Shown: positions 10,686-20,891 of the stretch, piece by piece
Position numbering within the stretch: position 1 is the stretch's first letter
Layout: each line of letters starts with the position of its first letter
Assembly (NCBI GenBank): GCA_050331735.1
Contig: JBHJGN010000029.1
Span: 1-64,000, forward strand
Length of the DNA: 64,000 bases
Direction of reading: 5' to 3'
Source of the DNA: Cyanophyceae cyanobacterium
GTDB lineage: Bacteria; Cyanobacteriota; Cyanobacteriia; Cyanobacteriales; JBHJGN01
Made by a program: the position numbers and the translations under genes
The notes under the pieces: generated by a model
What the model saw: the letters and a program-made list of their open reading frames with translations, nothing else
The model's database searches: none
What the model was told of the DNA's origin: nothing

Positions 10686-11149
10686 GGTTGCTGTTGAGGG
10701 AAATAAACTAATACAGACTGTTCGCTCGGATCGATTAACCATCCTAACTGGGTGCCGCGATCTAAACAATGAAGGATATTTTTAGTGACTCTAGTTTGAC
10801 TCTGTTCGGGAGATAAAATTTCAACTGTCCAGTCTGGTGTTATCAAAAAAGTGTCTGCTATTTCGCCATTATTGTCACGGGGTATTCGACTCAATTGAAA
10901 GATAGTGATGTCTGGTACAGTTGAACGACCTCCAAAGGTGCATCTCAACTCTGGAAAAGCTCTAGCGATTTTCTGTGGCTTAAGCGAGCTATTAAGCGCA
11001 GTAATTAATTCTCCCTGTAGAGTACTATGCTTTCCTTTCGGCATTGGTTTTTGAATAATCTGCCCGTTGATATATTCGCTGGCAGGTTTAGTTTCTGGTA
11101 GTGCCAAAAACTCTTCTAGGGTGATTGGTTTAGAGGGAGTAATGACCAT
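10686..11149 (-). pseudogene. Uma2-family (PD-(D/E)XK) endonuclease, 3'-truncated by IS630
   Basis: LEEFLALPETKPASEY...PDWTVEILSPEQ...GWLIDP; the last codons of the ORF lie in the IS terminal repeat. Confidence 0.8.
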
Positions 11150-11209
11150 AGGATGTGCCGTTGAATAACAACGTTGCCTCGTTTATATTTTACTGCGATC
11201 GCCCACTGC

Positions 11210-12511
11210 CTAGCGGTAGCTCTGCCGTTGAATATCCCGCAGCCGCGCTTCAGGGCGCTTAAACCGATCCATCTGCGCTTCAAAAAACTTCCGATTCGCC
11301 ATCAGATGCCGTGGGTTGGAGTCAGCTAACGGATACAAAAGCGCCTGCCTCAGCGCCTGAATCACCGCCGAAGTGACGTTATACATCGAGCGCTGGAAGG
11401 TAATTCCTAACTGAATCAGGGCATCGTCTTCGCCCCGACAGTGCTGGCGATAGTAGTCTTGTAGATAGTCGGGGAGGAAATGAGACATATCATCCATTAG
11501 CAGAGTCGGCGGAATCCCCGCAGTGCCAACTGGAAAAACATCGGCATAGAGGATGCCGTAGTGAAAATCTTTTTGCTCGTCCGGCACTTGCTTAGCCTGA
11601 GCATTGTAAGATTTCGTGCCGCGAAACGGGGCGGTGCGATAAAACACGGCTTCTACGTAGGGTAAAGCGGCTTCGTAGAGCCACATAAACCCTCGGGACT
11701 TAGAAATAATTTCGTAGCATTCGCCCTTAATATAAACGTGGTGATAGATGGGGCGACCCGCCACGGCAAAGATGCCGTTAACAAGGAAATTCATCGCGTC
11801 GGGGACTCCTTTGAATCCGCCTTCATCGTAAATATCCGACATCTCAAAAAATACGGGAGCCATCACTTCCCAAAACAGTCCCAAATTTGAATAGTAGGAC
11901 AACTGCCGCACCTGTTCGAGGAACATATCGGGGAAAAGCTGGTATAGTCCCAGCATGGCCGGATTGCCCTTAAAGTAAGCGCGAATGGCCCGGTCCGCAT
12001 TGACTCGATATTCTTCGCTGTCGAGGTAGGCATCAAATCTGCCTAAGCCCATGTCCCGACCGTGCCAGAACATCGCTCGCATACAGGCTTCAGCAAATTC
12101 CATGTTGATGCGATCGTGCCACAGATGATGAAACAGCTTTGGCATCTTAACGGTTTTGCCCTTCGCCATAAACGCCAGCAGTTCTGGATGAGCCGTGGCT
12201 TTCCCTCGCCAGATGCGGAGGTCAGCATCGTCACCTGCGTAGTGATTCTGTAAGTCTAGATATTCTTGAGGGAGAAAGTATTTAAAGAAGGGAACCGGAT
12301 TGAGAAAGACTCGTTCAGCAATGTAGAGCAGATCTCGCCAATAGAAATCCATCGGCACCGCATAGGCTTTGTAAATGCCGATAATTTGCATTAAATTTTC
12401 CGGGGTATCTGGCAGCATTGAGCCACCCGCTTCGAGGCGATGAATAATCTCGGCAAACTCGTGGGTGGAAGGGGGAATTTTGGAGACAGATTTATTAGGT
12501 GCTTGTACCAT
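11210..12511 (-). CDS. cupA: CO2 hydration protein CupA (ChpY)
   Basis: HRLEAGGSMLPDTPENLMQIIGIYKAYAVPMDFYWRDLL; position after ndhF3-ndhD3. Confidence 0.95.
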   Translation of the reverse strand: MVQAPNKSVSKIPPSTHEFAEIIHRLEAGGSMLPDTPENLMQIIGIYKAYAVPMDFYWRDLLYIAERVFLNPVPFFKYFLPQEYLDLQNHYAGDDADLRIWRGKATAHPELLAFMAKGKTVKMPKLFHHLWHDRINMEFAEACMRAMFWHGRDMGLGRFDAYLDSEEYRVNADRAIRAYFKGNPAMLGLYQLFPDMFLEQVRQLSYYSNLGLFWEVMAPVFFEMSDIYDEGGFKGVPDAMNFLVNGIFAVAGRPIYHHVYIKGECYEIISKSRGFMWLYEAALPYVEAVFYRTAPFRGTKSYNAQAKQVPDEQKDFHYGILYADVFPVGTAGIPPTLLMDDMSHFLPDYLQDYYRQHCRGEDDALIQLGITFQRSMYNVTSAVIQALRQALLYPLADSNPRHLMANRKFFEAQMDRFKRPEARLRDIQRQSYR

Positions 12512-12519
12512 TGGTTGCT

Positions 12520-14028
12520 TTAACGGATATGAACAGATATTAATGAATCAGGCTGTTGAACAAGGCGATCGCTCGCCTGGGCGGCTAAAAAGTTGGTAGT
12601 CGGTTCAATCCAGCGCAGGAGCCAGTTTGGCTGCACTCCTAAAAACAGGATGGTGGCAGTCAGCACGAGCGCTGGAATTTTTTCGGACCACACTACTCGG
12701 GGGTAGTAGGATAACTGGTTGTCTAGTTTGCCAAAACAGGTGCGGTTGAGCAGAATCACAAAGTAAACGGCGGTTAAGCCGGAGGCAGTAATGCACAGCA
12801 GCGTCGGAATTGGAAAGGTGGAAAAGCTGCCTTGAAAGATGATAAATTCAGCCGCGAACCCGACCAAACCTGGAATTCCAGCACTTGCCATCCCGCCTAA
12901 AATCAGCAGGCCGCTGACCAGCGGCAAACCCCGCACCGGGTTCATCAGTCCGTTGAGTACGTTAAGGTCGCGAGTGCCCACTTTACGCTCGACGATGCCA
13001 ACGAGATAGAACAGCAGAGCCAAAATCAGTCCGTGACTGATCATTTGGGCAACGGAGCCGAGGATGCTTACGTCCGTTCCTGCCGCCGCCGCGACGAGAA
13101 TATAGCCCATATGACCGATCGAGCTATAGGCCACCATTCGTTTAATATCTTTTTGGGCGATCGCGCTGAGGGCCCCGTAGAGGACGCTCACGGTGCCAAT
13201 AATGGCAAGACCAGGGGCAACCCGTTCCCAGGCTTGGGGGAAAAGCTGGAAGCCAAAGCGGATTAATCCGTAGGTTCCTAGCTTGGCCAAAATACCGCCG
13301 AGCAAAATCGTCACCGCTGGAGACGCTTCTACATAGGCATCAGGCAGCCAGGTGTGCAGCGGCACGAGGGGAACTTTGATGCCAAAGCCCACCAGCAGCA
13401 CCGTGAGCAGCACTAGCTGAGTTCGCAACGAGAAGCCTTGAGTTTTAATCGTTTCATAATCGAAGCTAGTGGCTCCGCTTAACCACGCCATGCCCAAGAA
13501 GGCGGCGAGCACCAGTAGCCCGGAAACAGCCGTATAGAGCAGAAACTTAATGGAGGCGTAGCCCCGTTTTTCTCCTCCCCAAATGCCAATGAGCAGGTAA
13601 AAAGGAATCAGTTCGAGTTCGTAGAAGAGGAAAAACAGCAGCAAATTCTCCGCCATTAAGGCTCCAGAAATACCAGCATTGACGAGCAGAATAAGCGAGT
13701 AGTAAAGTCGCGAACGCTCAACGGTTTCACCGATGCTGTAGAGAGCCACAATTGTCAATAAGCTATTTAAAGCAACAAGCGGCAGCGATAAGCCATCAAC
13801 GCCCAAGCTATAGCTCAGGCCAATTGGTTCGGCCCAGGCCAGATATTCTTGAAATTGAAATCCTGACTGACTGAGATCGAAGCGAGATAGTAGGAAGAGT
13901 GACCAGCCAAACGTGATCGCCGCAAACAGAGCCGTCAGCAGACGGAGACGATTGGAGTTTGGCTTCCCCGGTCCAAAACCAATAATAATTGCTCCGAGAA
14001 CCGGTAGCCACAGTAAAAAACTTAGCAT
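12520..14028 (-). CDS. ndhD3: NDH-1MS subunit NdhD3
   Basis: NuoM-like membrane subunit (GIKVPLVPLHTWLPDAY) between ndhF3 and cupA. Confidence 0.92.
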   Translation of the reverse strand: MLSFLLWLPVLGAIIIGFGPGKPNSNRLRLLTALFAAITFGWSLFLLSRFDLSQSGFQFQEYLAWAEPIGLSYSLGVDGLSLPLVALNSLLTIVALYSIGETVERSRLYYSLILLVNAGISGALMAENLLLFFLFYELELIPFYLLIGIWGGEKRGYASIKFLLYTAVSGLLVLAAFLGMAWLSGATSFDYETIKTQGFSLRTQLVLLTVLLVGFGIKVPLVPLHTWLPDAYVEASPAVTILLGGILAKLGTYGLIRFGFQLFPQAWERVAPGLAIIGTVSVLYGALSAIAQKDIKRMVAYSSIGHMGYILVAAAAGTDVSILGSVAQMISHGLILALLFYLVGIVERKVGTRDLNVLNGLMNPVRGLPLVSGLLILGGMASAGIPGLVGFAAEFIIFQGSFSTFPIPTLLCITASGLTAVYFVILLNRTCFGKLDNQLSYYPRVVWSEKIPALVLTATILFLGVQPNWLLRWIEPTTNFLAAQASDRLVQQPDSLISVHIR

Positions 14029-14068
14029 CAGTTGTTCAAGTTCGGTTTACGTTTCAGCATGAATGACA

Positions 14069-15928
14069 TTACGGAGAAATCGCCGGAAGTTGCGCAAGCA
14101 GGGGCCAGCAGAGCAAAATTCCAAAGAGAGCCGTTCCCAGGAGAATCGATAAAACATAGAACTGTGTCTGGCCGGAAACGTTGTACTTTAAGGTCTGACC
14201 GCTAAAAACGGTCGCAATGCCCACTAAATTCACGAATCCATCTACGATGTAACGGTCGAACCAGTAGATGATCTGAGAGACTAAACCGACCGCGAAAACG
14301 ATGGTGATTCGGTAAAGCTTGGCCGTATAAAGATCGTAAGCGAAAAAGTCCTGCAAAAACTGAGGACCAAACCGAATCGGTTTAGGGATGTTGGGATTGA
14401 GGTAGAGAAAGGCTGCTAAGCTGCTTCCGGCTAGAGTAGACCCCACTAAGGCGATCGCTAGAGTCGAACGAACGCTACTCCAGTCGGGCAGCAAGTCCCA
14501 CTGCTTAAGCAGCAGGGGCATGTGCAGAGCGAATCCTAGCACCACCATCATCGGTAACACTAAGGCCCATAATCCTTCGGGAGAACGAACGGTCATTTGT
14601 TTCGGCTTGCCGCCAAAAATGAGGCTAAATTCGCGGGTGGTGCTGAGGGCGGTGAAACCGTTCACGATGAGAACGACCCCAACTAACCAGGGATGACTCA
14701 GCCACAAATAATCTGCCAACTGAAGTAAGACCCAAAAGCCTCCCAGAGGGGGAAACGCCACTAAAGCCGCCGCCCCCACTAAATAGCAGATGCCAGACAC
14801 CGGACGACGGGACAACAGTCCGCCATACTGAGTGAGATCTTGACTAATGTTGTTGAGAACAACACCGCCAATGCTCATCACCAACAGCGCCATGGCGATC
14901 GCATAGGTCAACAGCAGCGTCAGGGCTACTTGGCTTTGCTGCGTACCAACGGCGATAAACACCAGCCCCATGTAGGCACTGACCGAGTAGGAGAGCGAGC
15001 GTTTAATATCGATTTGGGCAACGGCGATTGCCGAGGCTCCTAGGGCGGTGATAGCCCCAATCCACACTATAACCGTCAGAGCAGCCGGAGAAAGCGCAAA
15101 CACGGGCTGTAGCTTAATCAACACCCAAGCCCCCGTCGAAACGATCACCGTGTTGCGGAGAATGGTGGCCGGCATCGGCCCCTCCATCGCTTCATCGAGC
15201 CACAGATGCAGGGGAAACTGAGCGCATTTGCCCAGCGGTCCCGCAATCAGCGCCAAACAAACTAGCGTAATGGCTGTCGGATTAACGGTGGCCTCGGCTG
15301 CCCACTGCGCTAACTCCCGATAGTTCCAGGTTCCCGCCAGCGGCAGCAGAGTGACCACCCCCATCAACAGCATTAAGTCGCCAACCCGCTTAGTCAAAAA
15401 CGCATCTCTAGCGCCAGTCACCACTAGAGACTGATTGAACCATAAACCAATCAGTAAGTAAGTTCCGAGAGTGAGAATTTCTAGAACGACATAGCTAAAA
15501 AATAGAGAATTGCACAGCGCCAGGGTACACATTCCCCCTTCAAAAAGCGCCAGCAGCGAGTAAAAACGCGCCCAGCCCCAATCCATTTCCATGTAGCCAA
15601 TGGCGTAAACCTGGGCCGCTAAATTCAAGCCAGTAATTAAGATGAGCGCCCCCACCGTGACGGCAGATACTTCAAAATCTAAGGAGATGGTTAAACTGGC
15701 AGCGTGTAGCCAGTTTATTGATAAGTACTGAGGAGGCTGATTCCAGATCTCCGCTAGGGCCAGTAAGCTATGCACAAACGCTAAGAACGTCATGATGGTA
15801 TTGACGTATCCTGCGGGTCGAGGTCCGGTGTGGCGAATCACTCCTGGAGACCAGGGCAGGGCTAAAAGCGCTCCAAATAGAGCATAGCAAGGTACTAACC
15901 AGACGGTTTCGCTAAACATCTGATTCAT
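14069..15928 (-). CDS. ndhF3: NDH-1MS subunit NdhF3
   Basis: PWSPGVIRHTGPRPAGY and KCAQFPLHLWLDEAMEGP motifs. Confidence 0.92.
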   Translation of the reverse strand: MNQMFSETVWLVPCYALFGALLALPWSPGVIRHTGPRPAGYVNTIMTFLAFVHSLLALAEIWNQPPQYLSINWLHAASLTISLDFEVSAVTVGALILITGLNLAAQVYAIGYMEMDWGWARFYSLLALFEGGMCTLALCNSLFFSYVVLEILTLGTYLLIGLWFNQSLVVTGARDAFLTKRVGDLMLLMGVVTLLPLAGTWNYRELAQWAAEATVNPTAITLVCLALIAGPLGKCAQFPLHLWLDEAMEGPMPATILRNTVIVSTGAWVLIKLQPVFALSPAALTVIVWIGAITALGASAIAVAQIDIKRSLSYSVSAYMGLVFIAVGTQQSQVALTLLLTYAIAMALLVMSIGGVVLNNISQDLTQYGGLLSRRPVSGICYLVGAAALVAFPPLGGFWVLLQLADYLWLSHPWLVGVVLIVNGFTALSTTREFSLIFGGKPKQMTVRSPEGLWALVLPMMVVLGFALHMPLLLKQWDLLPDWSSVRSTLAIALVGSTLAGSSLAAFLYLNPNIPKPIRFGPQFLQDFFAYDLYTAKLYRITIVFAVGLVSQIIYWFDRYIVDGFVNLVGIATVFSGQTLKYNVSGQTQFYVLSILLGTALFGILLCWPLLAQLPAISP

Positions 15929-16140
15929 AATTGCATGTGAGTCATCAAGGGATTAAAATTTCAGGAGCAGGCGATCCTTAATGATTGATCAGCTAACCGT
16001 CAGCGCGAGGGCAGCTTCGGCAGTTAGCTATTAGGGCGTTTCAAACGGTTATTTAGTTCAACGCTTGCATTAATATTTGTTCTCCTTCTTATTAAAAACG
16101 GAAGCTGTGCGTAATTTTCAAGTGTTAAACTTTTTTAATC

Positions 16141-16156
16141 ATAGATCTCTTGCTAT
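16141..16156. promoter_or_regulatory. NdhR (CcmR) box upstream of ndhF3
   Basis: Exact ATAG-N8-CTAT (ATAGATCTCTTGCTAT). Confidence 0.7.
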
Positions 16157-16228
16157 AAGTAAGCAAATATCATGTGTTTATGTCTATGATTAGGCTGAAC
16201 GGGTAAGACCCAGGAGCCAGCTTCATCG

Positions 16229-16429
16229 TTAGCTCCTGGACAAGCAGTAAAGTCCCTCCTGGTCGAGTGCTTGGCTGTTGATTCCAGAGGCATCATCGTG
16301 GGCAAAACGTTTGTAGAAAAATTCTAGAGCGTAGTGACGCAGGTTGTAAAAGCGGGCGTCTTTGCTCGGTTGAGTGCGATCACCATCGAGCAGCAGGAGC
16401 TGCGGATGCAGGACCAAGGCACAGGCGAT
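16229..16429 (-). pseudogene. Internally deleted remnant of the cmpC/cmpD ABC ATPase
   Basis: IACALVLHPQLLLLD (Walker B region) fused to DARFYNLRHYALEFFYKRFAHDD (CmpD/NrtD-type C-terminus), about 40 nt after the cmpA stop. Confidence 0.75.
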
Positions 16430-16468
16430 TTGATGAGTTGGGGAAAGGGGAAATCGATGCGCTGACAG

Positions 16469-17809
16469 CTAAATGTTCTTAATCTGCAAGCTGTTGAGAT
16501 AGGCTTCTGGATTTTCGGGGTCAAACTCAACTCCATCAAAAAAGGTTTCTACTCCCCGCGACGTGCTATCAGGAATATCTGAAAAACCAGCTTCCTGGGC
16601 CGCTTCTCTCCATAAGTCCTCTCGATTGACGGCATCGATAATGCGGTTTGCATCGGTTAGAGTGTCTTCTGGCAAAAAGCCCCAACGGACGCTTTCGGTG
16701 ATAAACCAGAGATCGTGACTTTTGTAGGGATAGGAAACATTGCCGAGACCGTCTGTCCAGTAGAGAGGGCCCATGTTTTTGTCGTTGATCTCCGGCTTGC
16801 CATCCCCCATTTTGTAGTTGCCTTTGTAAGGCGGATCGAGAACCGCTGCCGGAATATTAAAGTACTTGCGCCCTGAAACAAGTTGAACGAGTTCTTCGCG
16901 ATTAGCATCTTGGTCGCACCACTGCTGCGCTTCCATGAGTCCTTTCAGCAAGGCTTTAGTGGCTTTCGGATTGGCATCCACCCAGTCAGCCCGGATCGCT
17001 AAATACTCTTCGGGGTGGAACTTCCACACCTCGGCAGTGAGGGCGGCGATCGAACCAATTTCGTCGGCCACAATCTGGTAGGGCCAAGGATCGCCAGTGC
17101 TGAATACGTCCATCGTACCGATTCTCATTCCCTGCACCGTTTCCGCTGGGGGCACTGCCAACAGATCGATATCGGTATCAGGATTAACTCCTCCTGCCGC
17201 AAACCAGTAGCGAATCCAAAAGTCTTGGTTTACATGCGGAAAGGTATGGGCGGCCTTAAATTTCCGGCCTTCATTAGCCTGGAATCCTTTAATATAGTCA
17301 GCAGCATTGGCAATATCTAAACCGAGTCCCCTGCCAGCATGAGTCCCGGCGATCGCAATTCCGTTTCCGTGAGTGTTTAACTGGGCCAGAACATACATCG
17401 GAATTTTTTGTCTGTTGGTAATCATCCCCTCGCTAATCAGGTGAGGCATCGGCATTTGCCACTGTCCCCCATCGATGCCGCCACCTTCCGAACCGATGGT
17501 GACGTTATCTCGCGCGGCTGCCCAGCTTGCTTGTTGAGAAAGTTCTACATCCGTCATGCCGTACTTGGCAAAGAAGCCCTTTTCTTGAGCAACCACCATC
17601 GCCGCAGACTCCACAATCGGAATATAGCCCAGCTTCACTGCTGTAGTCTCTGGCATTTGTTCGGGGCTAATTTCGATGGTTTCTACCTCGGCGTTATCGC
17701 CACCGCCAGCCTGATCCGGTGGGTTGCCCATGCAGCCTTTGAGCAACACTGCACTGGCAGCAGATACTCCAGCAGTCAATAAAAACTGTCTGCGGGAAAA
17801 ATGACTCAT
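16469..17809 (-). CDS. cmpA: CmpA bicarbonate-binding lipoprotein (CmpA/NrtA family)
   Basis: SRRQFLL...LKGCMGNPP signal/lipobox; [16 protein letters not shown]; located in a low-CO2 cluster. Confidence 0.88.
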   Translation of the reverse strand: MSHFSRRQFLLTAGVSAASAVLLKGCMGNPPDQAGGGDNAEVETIEISPEQMPETTAVKLGYIPIVESAAMVVAQEKGFFAKYGMTDVELSQQASWAAARDNVTIGSEGGGIDGGQWQMPMPHLISEGMITNRQKIPMYVLAQLNTHGNGIAIAGTHAGRGLGLDIANAADYIKGFQANEGRKFKAAHTFPHVNQDFWIRYWFAAGGVNPDTDIDLLAVPPAETVQGMRIGTMDVFSTGDPWPYQIVADEIGSIAALTAEVWKFHPEEYLAIRADWVDANPKATKALLKGLMEAQQWCDQDANREELVQLVSGRKYFNIPAAVLDPPYKGNYKMGDGKPEINDKNMGPLYWTDGLGNVSYPYKSHDLWFITESVRWGFLPEDTLTDANRIIDAVNREDLWREAAQEAGFSDIPDSTSRGVETFFDGVEFDPENPEAYLNSLQIKNI

Positions 17810-17960
17810 AAAAACCTCCTGGCAGCTCCGTCAAAGGTATTTGGGCGGCTACTGATATGAAATAGATGTCTGATTACTAGAAAGAAATTTGGCTCTGAAT
17901 CAAGGTTTAAACTGTGCTAGTCATCTCTTGAGCTATCAAAAAGTCCTCGACCATTCTTCT

Positions 17961-18020
17961 ATAGGCTTATTTCTATTCAAAACTAAAGTCTATTTGTTTT
18001 TATCTATAAGTAAACTCTAT
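17961..18020. promoter_or_regulatory. NdhR/CmpR-type LysR boxes in the cmpA-flv4 divergent region
   Basis: ATAG-N8-CTAT at 17961-17976 and ATAA-N7-CTAT at 18006-18020. Confidence 0.65.
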
Positions 18021-18441
18021 CACTGGATGCTTATAGGAGTGCCCTTTTAATCATCAATATTCCTAATGTCTGACTCTCGTACCACTTATCAAAAACAGAA
18101 CCGATCGAGAGAAAGGCTGTTGTGTTCGTCCCTTCAGAGATTGCTGGTATTGATCTTGTGCACGACGCTCTAATAGCTGCCACCACACCAATGCTTAACC
18201 TCTGCTACTCGCAAATAGTCGGGCTGTCCTTGAAAAGGCAACTGCTCCTAACCAGCGAGTGTTTCCTGGCCGATTGCTTATCCAACCACCATTCGTAGAT
18301 ATAAGCAGAATTTTGCTTTTTCCGGACTACTTATAGATTTTTTTTATGGTTCGATTAAGCAATTGACATTTTACAAATTCAGTGCTTTAAGCAATTCTTA
18401 AAAGTAGAAATACAGCAGCATTTGAAGTGGAGGAATCCTCA

Positions 18442-20172
18442 ATGGTTGTTAACGCTGAGCCAAACGTCATCCCCTCAATGGGCAATCGATTAACCCTGCA
18501 AACAGCAGCCATCAGCAGGAATACAACCGCGATCCGCTGTCTCGACTGGGACCGCGATCGCTTTGACATCGAGTTTGGGTTGCGTAACGGCACGACCTAT
18601 AATTCGTTTCTGATTCGAGGTGACAAAACGGCCCTAATTGATACGTCCCATCGCAAGTTTGAGTCCCTGTACTTAGAAGAACTGAAGCACCTAATTGACC
18701 TAACAACCCTCGATTACCTAATCATCAGCCATACAGAACCAGATCACAGTGGGTTAGTCAAAGAAGTTTTAAACTTAGCCCCCCAGGTAACGGTCATTGG
18801 CGCCAAAGTCGCCGTTCAGTTTCTCGAAAACATGGTGCATCAGCCGTTTGTATCCCAGATAGTCAAGAACGGCGATCGCCTGGATTTAGGTCACGGACAC
18901 CAGTTGGAATTTGTTTCTGCCCCGAATCTACACTGGCCCGACACCATTTTTACCTACGATGCCAAAACTCAGATTCTCTATACGTGCGATGCCTTTGGGA
19001 TGCACTACTGCGACGACCATCTCTTTGATGAAGATCCAGAACTGCTTGAAGCAGACTTTAAATATTACTACGATTGCCTGATGGGGCCGAATGCCCGTTC
19101 TGTTCTTGCCGCCATTAAACGCATGGCCAAGCTAGAAATTGGCATGATCGCTACTGGTCATGGTCCACTGCTGCACCATCACCGCTCCAACTGGGTCGAT
19201 TGCTATCGAGAATGGAGTCAGGCACAGGCAAAAACCGATACCTTGGTCGCCCTATTTTACAGTGAAGATTACGGCTGGAGCGACAATCTAGCCAGAGCGA
19301 TCGCCCAGGGTATTGCTAAAACCGGAGTCGAGGTGGAACTCGTTGACTGGGACAGTGCCGAGCCTCACGACGTTCGCGAACTGGTTAAAGAAGCGTCCGG
19401 GCTAGTTTTAGGAATGCCGCCACAGTCGGATCAAAATGCCCAAATCATCCTCAGTACTGTTTTAGCCGCCGCTCACCCCAAGCAATCGGTGGGACTGTTT
19501 GAGACTGGAGGCGCAGAAGACGAACCCATTTATCCGTTGCGGAACAAGTTTCAAGAAATTGGCTTGACCGAAGCTTTTCCCCCGGTATTGGTTAAAGAAC
19601 CACCGACCCCCACAACCGAACAACTGTGCGACGAAGCCGGGACAGACTTAGGGCAGTGGTTAACCCGCGATCGCAGCATCAAACAAATGAAATCTCTTGA
19701 TAGCGCCCTCGATCGTGCGCTGGGACGACTGAGTAACGGTCTCTATCTTATTACCGCCCAGAAAGGAGAAATCTCCAGCGCCATGCTGGCTTCCTGGGTG
19801 ACGCAGGCGAGTTTAGAACCCCTCGGCGTTGCCATTGCCGTTGCCAAAGACAGAGCGATCGCGTCTTTACTTCAGGTAGGCGATCGCTTTGTGCTTAACG
19901 TTTTAGAAGAGGGCAATTACCAAGCGCTGATGAAACACTTTCTCAAGCGTTTTCCTCCCGGTAGCGATCGCTTTACTGGCATCAAAACCTATCGCGCTAG
20001 CAATGGCTCTCCCATTCTTGCCGATGCCCTTGCCTATACCGAATGCGAAGTAGTAAGCCGTCTAGAGTGTAGCGACCACTGGATTGTTTACAGCACGGTG
20101 CAAAGCGGACGAGTTTCCAAACTGGATGCGCTGACTGCCGTTCACCATCGCAAGGTAGGCAATCATTATTAG
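18442..20172 (+). CDS. flv4: Flavodiiron protein Flv4
   Basis: TTAIRCLDWDRDRFDIEFGLRNGTTYNSFLI; lactamase, flavodoxin and flavin-reductase domains; GGAGG before ATG 18442; operon context. Confidence 0.88.
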   Translation: MVVNAEPNVIPSMGNRLTLQTAAISRNTTAIRCLDWDRDRFDIEFGLRNGTTYNSFLIRGDKTALIDTSHRKFESLYLEELKHLIDLTTLDYLIISHTEPDHSGLVKEVLNLAPQVTVIGAKVAVQFLENMVHQPFVSQIVKNGDRLDLGHGHQLEFVSAPNLHWPDTIFTYDAKTQILYTCDAFGMHYCDDHLFDEDPELLEADFKYYYDCLMGPNARSVLAAIKRMAKLEIGMIATGHGPLLHHHRSNWVDCYREWSQAQAKTDTLVALFYSEDYGWSDNLARAIAQGIAKTGVEVELVDWDSAEPHDVRELVKEASGLVLGMPPQSDQNAQIILSTVLAAAHPKQSVGLFETGGAEDEPIYPLRNKFQEIGLTEAFPPVLVKEPPTPTTEQLCDEAGTDLGQWLTRDRSIKQMKSLDSALDRALGRLSNGLYLITAQKGEISSAMLASWVTQASLEPLGVAIAVAKDRAIASLLQVGDRFVLNVLEEGNYQALMKHFLKRFPPGSDRFTGIKTYRASNGSPILADALAYTECEVVSRLECSDHWIVYSTVQSGRVSKLDALTAVHHRKVGNHY

Positions 20173-20337
20173 TCTGTATTAATCACTGGCGTTGCTGGAT
20201 CGGGAATGAGCGGGGTGAAGTTAGTCGTTGGTCGTCAACGGTCCCAAACTAACTTTGTCTCTGTCCCTACGATTAACAGCAATACCCGATTACTCATAAC
20301 CCATAACTAACAACTTCTGTAGTGGAGACATGATTTT

Positions 20338-20886
20338 ATGTACGATGTCAATTCGCCTCAACGACGGTACAGCTTCCTAAATATCGGTTGGATTGTGCAG
20401 GCTTTAGAACTGGTGCAGGACTTAATTGTTATTTGTCTGTGTATTGGTTTGTTTAGCTTCATGGTGCTTCAGATCCGGGAAATGATTCTTTCGTTGCTGC
20501 CCCCAATTCAGTTTCATGCCGTAACAGCAGATATTCTGTCTTTGCTGATTTGGGTTGAGTTATTTCGCCTGCTGATTATTTATCTCAAAGAACAGCGAGT
20601 CTCGATTGGAGTGGCGGTTGAAGTATCAATTGTGTCGGTGCTGCGCGAAATGATTGTGCGCGGGGTGCTGGAAACATCCTGGGGACAAGTGCTAGCCGCC
20701 TGTGCTTTTCTCCTAGTTCTTGGTCTTTTAATGGTGATCCGAGTTTGGCTACCGTCTACCTTTGATGGGATTGACCCCGAACACCAGGTCTCTAAGCGGC
20801 ATAAAAATCGGTTGGCTCAGGACGTTAACCAGACAAACGGGAATCACAATACACCCCGCCCTTCTCTTACTGAACTTACTCACTAA
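20338..20886 (+). CDS. Sll0218-like PsiE-family membrane protein
   Basis: Four hydrophobic segments, VELFRLLIIYL and VSIVSVLRE motifs; lies between flv4 and flv2. Confidence 0.85.
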   Translation: MYDVNSPQRRYSFLNIGWIVQALELVQDLIVICLCIGLFSFMVLQIREMILSLLPPIQFHAVTADILSLLIWVELFRLLIIYLKEQRVSIGVAVEVSIVSVLREMIVRGVLETSWGQVLAACAFLLVLGLLMVIRVWLPSTFDGIDPEHQVSKRHKNRLAQDVNQTNGNHNTPRPSLTELTH

Positions 20887-20891
20887 TCGCT

